From positions 248,001 through 312,000 of the forward strand of contig OZ037837.1 in NCBI GenBank assembly GCA_964035575.1: 64,000 nt of DNA, read 5' to 3'. The first letter of the stretch is position 1, and every line of letters starts with the position of its first letter. This document shows positions 56,201 through 64,000 of the stretch, piece by piece. The notes beneath the pieces are model-generated. The model ran no database searches. It was not told the origin of the DNA and worked only from the letters and a program-made list of their open reading frames with translations. This DNA is from Rhynchopus sp. YZ270_cl-10 (taxonomy: Eukaryota). The position numbers and the translations under genes are program-made.

Positions 56201-56824
56201 GTAGTACGTGCAGTCTGAGATGAGCAGGTCCACATTCAGCTTTGTCGCACTGCAGTGCAGACGCGACATCGACGAGAACCCAGACGACTCATTCCTGTAC
56301 AACCCTACAAGCGCCGTGTCCGCTGGACACTGCGCACGGTCGTTGCTCCACGGCGCTGTCTTGAGGGCTAGGTTCACATCCCTCTTGTCGCCCCCATAGC
56401 GCAGGATCTCCTCAGGCACTGCCGCAGCAGCAACTATACGGTACACCGAGAGTCGGTCGAGCGCACCACACGTACGCGACGTGTCGGGAGCTGCGCACAC
56501 TGTGCTGCACTCTGCGTCGGGCACGACGCCGTTTCTCCCAAAGGTGAACCCACACCAGCACAGCGTGTGTCCCGAGGCGCCTGATGCACTGGACAGACCC
56601 ATCAAGGGGTACGGCCCGCCCACAGCACCCAAGCAGTGCGTCTGGCACGCAGTCGGTGTTCTTGTCGTCCCGACAGAAGTACTCATAACGGCCATATCGC
56701 GTGACAGCGCTGAGTCCACGGTGCACGCTTCGAACTCAAACCCTGCAGCATACGGAAGAAGCAACATGAGCAGCAGCACGACATTGACATGGTGAACATA
56801 ACACAGGATAAAACGAAACCCCAT
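53255..56824 (-). CDS. Surface protein: WSC domain, Cys-rich domain, PT-rich stalk, multi-pass TM domain, disordered tail
   Basis: Signal-like hydrophobic start; WSC pattern CQTHC...LCWCG...CSTVC...TCGA...LSVY; (PPTPA/S)n stalk; several TM helices with GPGEW. Start uncertain. Confidence 0.82.
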   Translation of the reverse strand: MGFRFILCYVHHVNVVLLLMLLLPYAAGFEFEACTVDSALSRDMAVMSTSVGTTRTPTACQTHCLGAVGGPYPLMGLSSASGASGHTLCWCGFTFGRNGVVPDAECSTVCAAPDTSRTCGALDRLSVYRIVAAAAVPEEILRYGGDKRDVNLALKTAPWSNDRAQCPADTALVGLYRNESSGFSSMSRLHCSATKLNVDLLISDCTYYYPSFVDRGWAECPGVDEVMRGWNTLGNAACDGISCLHQIRCCKLRTQAEVLVRADVGYADVRTCMATGNTGFCDGPEDTFVVGWYREDSACDTIDCISFLKVAYFENVPTPAPPTPAPPTPAPLTLAPPTPAPPTPAPPTPAPATPFPPTVAPPTPFPATVSPPTPSPPTPSPPTPSPPTVAPPTPAPLTPSPPTPSPPTPAPLTVSPPTPSPPTPSPPTVAPPTPAPLTPSPPTPAPPTPSPPTVAPPTPSPPTPSPPTPAPLTVAPPTPFPATVSPPTPAPLTPSPQTPAPPTVAPPTSLPPTPAPLTPAPPTLPPLTPHPPTPAPLTASPPTAVPPTLMPDTPTPPIPTEAPLNGTHDVTPAPLQKVATNGAMQTSGGVTAAVVVVTGAANAGAATQIVLLAQDCILTGEKEIPVPLHPTRFRVKGSSAGGAVVGNMSIIVFVTLASVLLIAIAGATGLFAHKIADIRAAARFPSIPLFIFVVLYQGSAFAGTILLVQAEDAALFLMGTITVLVCLCVPLYLFRVLHCEVHRARYVRDPSRGWFMKHFAGPGEWVSLCRDCHWVFRYASVMRRYRPRSVWWSCVEFASSFALAATQSMDTPNMAACGHERLAGAVVLFLHLLLMFTIRPHVRPRDNFLGIVILTLQCVAMLLTAAGYYTNNPDAWVFDIGNTLLLVAMFALVLKGLMDGATEIVVLCSRVRVRLQEEEWAGQERLEMSHTHTTESLPNFSLRLQGLEGSLELCALKNSVKSECSLEDFSPTFSSDNLENNVRRQASTQQHPGCPVEPPRDIAARRKTHPLDVPTLRTVQSEGELSSSCESALGSPDMFTGRRARRNTLEQRRTARNGHITPPSRLRNSSLVVGASHSGNRSPTSPLCPGLSCVPAAARRRTPRSLCGSPGLPRSPRSPVPVGLPLLGVSPPPRHARRRSWGGSPTSPLGSPSGSSPGDHRVWHTPSHVTPVTSPLHSVPTMPMIMLQK

Positions 56825-57966
56825 CCCCAAACAACGGGGCGTGGGGTGGGGGTGGGGGTGGGGGTGTGGTGGGGAACAAGGCACACAAAGGGGTGTATCT
56901 GTGATGCTCTTGTAGTGTACTGGGCGAGAATAGGTCCTGTGGTGGTGAGGTGTCAAAAGGTCAGCCACGATTCAACAAACCCTCCCCTCCCCGCCCCCGC
57001 ATACAGTAACCCTCAGGGTGACTTCAACACACCCGACCCATTCGGTACTTAGGAATTCCACAACAGCAGCCTTCACACACACCCCACCTCAACAGTGCAG
57101 TGTCACAAAACCAAGCTCGGGGGCTGCAGTCCACGGTGCGTCGGCAATCCCCGCCCACCGAGGATCATACAACCGGTCATACCAAGGTACACTGTCACGC
57201 GAGGGGTTTGTATTTCAACACTACCTTATTTAGTATCGGGGTGCTCAACGCGACTGAAGGGGTGTTGTGTGTGCTTTCACACATAGACGCAAACCTAGTA
57301 TTATATTATTCAATACGTTACAAAAAGGGGGGGAATCTTAGGGGGGGGATGGCTTTTTTGTGTTGTTGCATTACAAAGTGCAGAAAACAATGTGAAAAGG
57401 GTCGAACCACGTATGAAATACAGGGATTGATACACATTTTTTGTTCGCTTTTTTTATTCAGCACACTTTTTATGAAACAAAGAAACGTTTGTCGAGATGA
57501 ACCTCAGCCGTGCTTCGTCACCTCACTACTCATACACATGTCGCAAAACTGCTGTACTCTTGTCTATTTTTCGTTCACTCCGCACCTCATGCTAAATGGC
57601 AAATAAAACGTTTCATTGTGTTTCCTTTCATATTTCTTCAAACCCCCAAAAGACCCGAAAACCCCCGCGCATCCTGAAGTAAGGGACACCCTCTCATCCT
57701 AATTAGGAACCCACCCTTGCCCTTACCTTTTATCACCCAAACCCCAAAGAATCATCAACGGAATGTCGCCACGCAATAGTGAATTCCAACGGGGTCGGTT
57801 GACTCATTACTGGTGGTAAGTGGATTGATTATGTTGCCAAAAATAGATCAGGGTTGGACCACGTTCTCCTTGCAGAGGCCTTCTTGCTGTGTAGTGCAGA
57901 GCAGCCGTGCAGCAGACGAGAAGATGCACAACAACAACTGCTGCAAAGTGAACGCCTTCCAGCTTC

Positions 57967-59553
57967 TCAATTGCGTAAGTGATCAGGAAGACTACTGAGT
58001 ACATCATTGCTGCACTTGTCCTTTCCATGTAAGGTCTTCAACGCTGTGCACCCTTCGAGAAACCACTTCCCCATCGAGAATACATCTTGTAATCCACTCA
58101 GATCAACTGTCTTCAATGATGTGCACTCCATGAGGAACCTGTCCCAAATTGAGGTGACACCTTGTAATATACTCAAATCAACTGCCGCCAATGATGTGCA
58201 CCCTTCGAGGAAGCTGTACCCAATCCAGGTGACACCTTGTAATGCACTGAGATCAACTGTGGTCAATGATGTGCACCCTTCGAGGAACTCATTCTCAATC
58301 CAGGTGACACCTTGCAATCCATTCAGATCAACTGTCGACAATGATGTGCACTCTTGGAGGAATCCGTTCCGAATCGAGGTGACACCTTGTAATCCACTCA
58401 GATCAACTGTCCTCAATGATGTGCACCCATGGAGGAACTCGGACCCAATCGAGGTTACAGCTTGTAATGGACTCAGATCAAGCGTCGTCAATGATGTGCA
58501 CCCGTGCAGGAACCAGCCCCCAATCGATGTGACACCTTGTAACCCATTCAGATCAACTGTCGTCAATGATGTGCACCCTTCGAGGAACCCGATCCTAATA
58601 GAGCGGACACCTTGTAATCCACTCAGATCAACCGTCATCAATGATGTGCATCCTTCGAGGAAGTTGTCTCCCATCAAGATGACAGCTTGTAATCCACTGA
58701 GATCAACTGTCATTAATGATGTGCACTCGTAGAGGAAGTCGTCTCCAATAACAACCAAAGCAGATGCGTAACTGACATCAATGCACGTCACATCAGTTTT
58801 CTTGAAGAAATTATGTGGAATCGCAGTCGCAGCTCCTGCCTGGAGGAGCAAGCAAGCCAGCTTCGGATCACTGCCTTCATCAGTCACCTGTTTGAACCGC
58901 TCTGCTGTAAGTGTCGTCTCACCCAACGCACGAAGTGCTGCAATGGCATCCTGCGCAGCAGCAGAAACCACAAGGCGGTGGCGGTCTCCACTCGCTGCCA
59001 TGCTGTCGATGCTCCGCACAACGGCCTGCGACTCTGTGACCGCACGCAGCACCTGGTCGTCCCCAAGCTGGCACACCGCCTCGCACTCAGCAATCATGTG
59101 TCCTGCCTTCGCAACAAACGTATTCAGTGCACACACCTCCTCCTCAAGCACACGGCACTTCTCCTTTGCATCAGTCTGCTGTGTTGTCAGGTCTGCCACG
59201 TGCGAGTGGAGGATGTCACTCTGGCGTTTCATGTAGTCCGTGATGCCAACTGTCTTGTGTCCCGCATGTGTGTCGCAACGGTAACAGAGCTCGCAGATCA
59301 ACGCGTCTCCACACGCAGGGTCTTCACAGACGAGGCTCAGCTTCTCTCCTGGGTGCTGTGCACAAGTCATAGAAGCAAGATGTTTCTCACGGTCACGTGC
59401 CCTTAAGGATGAGTGGAACACTTCGAAGCACGCAGGCTTGGCGCACAAAAATAGCTCCGTGCAGTTCCCGCACTGCAGCTGTGCAGGCTTGCCACATTTC
59501 TCGTTCTCACAGCTCGGCATCTGTGGTGCGGTGGGCTGCGTGTCAGACACCAT
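57967..59553 (-). CDS. B-box zinc finger / coiled-coil / LRR protein, copy 1
   Basis: CxxC and CAQH...LVCEDPAC...CELC...HAGH B-boxes; 25-aa LRRs (CTSLTTVDLSGLQGVTSIG.FL); start placed after CCCCTTCCAG (alternative 59616). Confidence 0.85.
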   Translation of the reverse strand: MVSDTQPTAPQMPSCENEKCGKPAQLQCGNCTELFLCAKPACFEVFHSSLRARDREKHLASMTCAQHPGEKLSLVCEDPACGDALICELCYRCDTHAGHKTVGITDYMKRQSDILHSHVADLTTQQTDAKEKCRVLEEEVCALNTFVAKAGHMIAECEAVCQLGDDQVLRAVTESQAVVRSIDSMAASGDRHRLVVSAAAQDAIAALRALGETTLTAERFKQVTDEGSDPKLACLLLQAGAATAIPHNFFKKTDVTCIDVSYASALVVIGDDFLYECTSLMTVDLSGLQAVILMGDNFLEGCTSLMTVDLSGLQGVRSIRIGFLEGCTSLTTVDLNGLQGVTSIGGWFLHGCTSLTTLDLSPLQAVTSIGSEFLHGCTSLRTVDLSGLQGVTSIRNGFLQECTSLSTVDLNGLQGVTWIENEFLEGCTSLTTVDLSALQGVTWIGYSFLEGCTSLAAVDLSILQGVTSIWDRFLMECTSLKTVDLSGLQDVFSMGKWFLEGCTALKTLHGKDKCSNDVLSSLPDHLRN

Positions 59554-61431
59554 GTTGTGTGTTTCGAAGAGGTGGGAGGGTGCAGGGGTGTCTGGAAGGG
59601 GTTGGGTGGGTGGCATGGGATGGAAACAGAGTGTGAGAACACAAAATGAGAGGCTGGTGGGTGTGGCGATCGTTGTTAAGCTTCTGCACCACTCACCACC
59701 CCAGAAGTGACAATCGCAATAAAATAGAGCAGATTCTATTTTGCAAGCAAGACAAAAACAAAGGAACGACGGGTATAGAGTCAAAGGGGGTGGAGTGACT
59801 TCCGTAACATTCGGGGCTACGCGTGGACTTCTCCTTGTCAGTGAAGGGATGACCTTCCGCACACAGCGAAAGAAATGGGAATGAACGGGGAGTGGAGCGT
59901 TCAGGCGACGGGATGCTCTGCATGGAACGTGGTGAAAGCGACTAGGTGTTTTCGAAGTAAAAGCTGCTTTGGACGCGCTAGAAGGCATCACAAAGAAGGT
60001 GCGGCTTTCGCTCCTCCCAACCGCCCAGACAAAGGCTCCAGGGTTTGATGTCATGGACACAATGAACAAACCTTAACCGCTCCACCCCAAAAGTCACCCT
60101 TGCTGAGGAGTGGTTAATTGCTTCAACTGGTTGGTGGAGGACCTTCCGGTAGCCTGCAGCCGTGGTTGACGAAACGACGTCCCTCTAGCTTTGTGTTGCA
60201 GAAGTGTTTCGCTGTTGATGGACTGATGGGTGCTATGGTGTGCCATGTGGGTTGTGTATAAGGTCTCGGGGAGTAAACAGGAACAAGGAGAGCGGGAATG
60301 GTAACTACAATATTATTACAAAAAAAGGAGTTGTGAACACGGAAACATCCTCAAATACGTTACAAAAAGGGGGGGTGGCTTTTTTGTGTTGTTGCATTAC
60401 AAAGTGCAGAAAACAATGTGAAAAGGGTCGAACCACGTATGAAATACAGTGATTGATACACATTTTTTGTTCGCTTTTTTATTCAGCGCATTTTTTTTAC
60501 GAAACAAAGAAACGTTTGTCGAGATGAACCTCAGCCGTGCTTGGTCACCTCACTACTCAGACACATGTCGCAAGACTGCTGTACTCTTGTCTATTTTTTG
60601 ATCACCCTGTTGTGCAGTCACCACCCAACCCATTCCGCTTCGAAATAACTCCTTCAATGCCCCCCCGCCCCCTCAGTTCTCTATTTATTGCATCCATCTT
60701 CGTCCGTACTTCAGGTTAACGTAAACTCATGTTTGTGGAGGTGAATAAAAAGCTCTTCCTGAAAGTGAGTCACTCCACGCCTCATGCTAAATGGCAAATA
60801 AAACGTTTCATTGTGTTTTCCTTTCATATTTATTCAGACCCCCAAAAGACCCGAAAACCCCCGCGCATCCTGAAGAAGGTACACCCCCTCATCCTAATTA
60901 GGAACCCACCCTTGCCCTTACCTTTTATCACCCAAACCACCAAGAATCATCGACGGAATGTGCCACGCAATAGTGAATTCCAACAGGGTCGGTTGACTCA
61001 TTACTGGTGGTAAGTGGATTGATTATGTTGCCAAAAATAGATCTCAAATATCAGTATTTCCACACACCAGCCAACCCTCTCAAATCCTCCCAATTGTATC
61101 TTATCCAACTCATCCCAACAAACCCCACCACCTCACTCTGTCACTCCCTCCCAAAAAGACAAACCCCCTTTTGTGCTTCACTCCTTCTTTTCTTCCCTTC
61201 CCACCCTTTTTGCTAGTGTCGTCGTTCTCAGCAGCAGCAACAGCAATGGTGTTGTCAGTTGGCGGTGCACATAAGTCGCACCTGTTTCGCTTGACAGGGT
61301 TGCACCACGTTCTCCTTGCAGACCTGCTGCATCACTTCTTGGGCCTTCATGCCGTGTAGTGCAGAGTAGCAGTGCAGCAGACGAGAAGATGCACAACAAC
61401 AACTGCTGCAAAGTGAACGCCTTCCAGCTTC

Positions 61432-63084
61432 TCAATTGCGTAAGTGATCAGGCAGACTACTGAGTACATCATTGCTGCACTTGTCCTTTCCATGTAAGGT
61501 CTTCAACTCTGTGCAGTCATCGAGGAACCACTTCCCAATCGAGAAGACACATTGTAATGCACTCAGATCAACCGTGGTCAATGATGTGCACTCGTGGAGG
61601 AAGCCGTTCTCAATCCAGTTGACACCTTGTAATGCACTCAGATCAACTGTCGTCAATGACGTGCACCCTTCGAGGAACCTGTCCCCAATCGAGGTGACAC
61701 CTTGTAACCCATTCAGATCAACTGTCGTCAATGATGTGCACTCTTGAAGGAACCCATCCTCAATCGAGGTGACACCTTGTAACCCATTCAGATCAACTGT
61801 CGTCAATGATGTGCACCCTTCGAGGAACGCGATCCTAATCGAGCGCACACCTTGTAATCCACTCAAATCAACTGTCGACAATGACGTGCACCTGCTGAGG
61901 AACCCATCCTCAATCGAGGTGACACCTTGTAACCCATTCAGATCAACTGTCGTCAATGATGTGCACCTGCTGAGGAACCCATCCTCAATCGAGGTGACAC
62001 CTTGTAACCCATTCAGATCAACTGTCGTCAATGATGTGCACCCTCCGAGGAACCCGATCCTAATCGAGCGGACACCTTGTAATCCACCCAGATCAACTGT
62101 CGTCAATGATGTGCACCCTCCGAGGAAGTTGTCCCCAATCAAGATGACAGCTTGTAATCCACTGAGATCAACTGTCATTAATGATGTGCACTCGTAGAGG
62201 AAGTCGTCTCCAATCACAACCAAAGCAGATGCGTAACTGATGTCAATGCACGTCACATCAGTTTCCTTGAAGAAATTATGTGGAATCGCAGTCGCAGCTC
62301 CTGCCTGGAGGAGCAAGCAAGCCAGCTTCGGATCACTGCCTTCATCAGTCACCTGTTTGAACCGCTCTGCTGTAAGTGTCGTCTCACCCAACTCACGAAG
62401 TGCTGCAATGGCATCGTGCACAACAAGCGCTGACTTCTGTGCTGTAAGGGCATCGTGCACGTTCGAAACAGGCAGCTTCAGGGAAACCGTTGTGTTTGGG
62501 CCTGCAGCACCCACAAGGCGGTGGCGGTCTGCACTCGCTGCCATGCTGTTGATGCTCCGCACAACGGCCTGCGACTCTGTGACCACACGCAGCACCTGGT
62601 CGTCCCCAAGCTGGCACACCGCCTCGCACTCAGCAATCATGTGTCCTGCCTTCGCAACAAACGTATTCAGCGCACACACCTCCTCCTCTGCATCAGTCCG
62701 CTGTGCTGTCAGGTCTGCCACGTGCGAGTGGAGGACGTCCCGCTGGCGTTTCATGTAGTCCTTGATGTCAACTGTTTTGTGTCCCGCATGTGTGTCGCAA
62801 CGGTAACAGAGCTCGCAGATCAACGCGTCTCCACACGCAGGGTCTTCACAGACGAGGGACAGCTCTTGGCCTGGGTGATGTGCACACTTCGACGACGTCC
62901 CGTACGCAGTCACAGAAGCGCGATGTGTCTCACGGTCGCGTTTCCTTGTGTGGCAAGCATCGTAGCACACAGTTGAGTCGCAGAAGAACATCTCCGTGCA
63001 GATACCACACTGCAGCTGTGCAGGCTTGTCACATATCTCACAGCTCGGCATCTGTGGTGCGGTGGGCTGCGTGTACGGTTCCAT
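61432..63084 (-). CDS. B-box zinc finger / coiled-coil / LRR protein, copy 2
   Basis: Tandem paralogue of 57967-59553 with duplicated flanks. Confidence 0.85.
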   Translation of the reverse strand: MEPYTQPTAPQMPSCEICDKPAQLQCGICTEMFFCDSTVCYDACHTRKRDRETHRASVTAYGTSSKCAHHPGQELSLVCEDPACGDALICELCYRCDTHAGHKTVDIKDYMKRQRDVLHSHVADLTAQRTDAEEEVCALNTFVAKAGHMIAECEAVCQLGDDQVLRVVTESQAVVRSINSMAASADRHRLVGAAGPNTTVSLKLPVSNVHDALTAQKSALVVHDAIAALRELGETTLTAERFKQVTDEGSDPKLACLLLQAGAATAIPHNFFKETDVTCIDISYASALVVIGDDFLYECTSLMTVDLSGLQAVILIGDNFLGGCTSLTTVDLGGLQGVRSIRIGFLGGCTSLTTVDLNGLQGVTSIEDGFLSRCTSLTTVDLNGLQGVTSIEDGFLSRCTSLSTVDLSGLQGVRSIRIAFLEGCTSLTTVDLNGLQGVTSIEDGFLQECTSLTTVDLNGLQGVTSIGDRFLEGCTSLTTVDLSALQGVNWIENGFLHECTSLTTVDLSALQCVFSIGKWFLDDCTELKTLHGKDKCSNDVLSSLPDHLRN

Positions 63085-64000
63085 GTTGTGTGTTTCGAAG
63101 AGGTGGGAGGGTGCAGGGGTGTCTGGAAGGGGTTGGGTGGGTGGCATGGGATGGAAACAGAGTGTGGGGAAAACACTGGAGAACACGAGAGGCTGGTGTG
63201 TGGTGATCGTTGTTAAGATTCTGCACCACTCACCACCCCAGAAGTGACAGCGTTCTTGCTCCTCCTCTGCCCCTCCCCACCCACGTATCCACTTCCACCT
63301 CCGGCAAGTCAGCAAGATAGCGCACAGTCCAGCTATGTCCTGCAGCTGCGAGGATAAGACATGTGTGTCTCTCGTTGTCTGTGACACGCACTCCCGCACC
63401 TGAATACAACTGCTCGTTCGTCCTTTGAAACAAAGTAAGAAAAGCGGAGAGGAGAGAGGTGGTCCTTTTGTCTCTTTAATTTTGAAAACTTCGTTTTCAA
63501 GATAAAATAAAATAAAAACAAGGATAAAATAACAAAACACTTCTCGTTAAAGCAGGATGACGTAACGTGACCCCTTATTTGCAGCTCCAAAGTGTCGAAC
63601 ACTGTTTCCATTCCCAAATCTTCCGCACACGTTTGTGTTCCAACGACGCAGTTTTCCGTGAAAGAAAAGGGAGTCCTTGTTCATCTGTTCTCTTCATCTG
63701 GTCTAGCTTGCTGGAGGGAGTTCAAGACAAGACACCTCTTCTCGCTGTGTCTGTACCTACAAGGGTATGTCATTCAACCCCCCCAGTGAGCCAGTCGTGC
63801 CTGGCGTCCAGGTGGGGAAAAAAAGAAGAGGAGACTGTGAACTGAAATGTGCGATTTTGTGCACACAGATGTTAGGAAGAATGACATAAAAAACAAATGT
63901 GACTTGAAACGCAAAGCCCTCTCGTGCACAGTGTATGACCGGTGCACCGTGGGTGGGTGCAGTCCTACATCCATTTCGTGATGATAAAAATTTGACAAGA

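Noticed and set aside
33289..63540. Upstream extensions of the cyclase, WSC and LRR ORFs in the ORF track
   Set aside because: Not conserved between paralogues, often non-ATG starts, and they cross putative acceptor tracts.
1..64000. tRNA, rRNA or spliced-leader RNA genes
   Set aside because: None recognised by eye; a covariance-model scan would be needed to exclude them.

Overview
Eukaryotic genomic DNA, most likely a euglenozoan or diplonemid-like protist (inferred from kinetoplastid-type adenylate cyclases, PTPAP-stalk membrane proteins, pyrimidine-tract+AG sites just upstream of ATGs, and co-directional genes). All host genes are on the minus strand: a SAM+2xubiquitin-like protein, a 4xDOMON ferric reductase, five tandem receptor-type adenylate cyclases, a two-exon SGNH-type esterase, a WSC/mucin/multi-TM surface protein and two B-box/LRR paralogues. 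The main feature (14.2-31.1 kb) is a nest of two different tyrosine-recombinase (YR) retrotransposons with Gag-YR-RT/RNaseH order (VIPER/TATE-like). An apparently intact 4.4-kb element (family B) sits between two GGGGAG cores inside a long (GGKQ)n G-rich array in the gag of the other element (family A). In A, gag starts with a PHD-like finger, is separated from the in-frame YR only by TGA-CTAG, and RT/RH is open in the -1 frame from inside the array. Both elements carry a segment near the 5' end that is complementary to their own circle junction, and short end-derived remnants of both lie just upstream of host genes. The 3' 4.95 kb of the nest is tandemly duplicated. A truncated Tc1/mariner element and two non-autonomous TIR elements are also present. 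All calls are by eye from motifs; no database searches were run.
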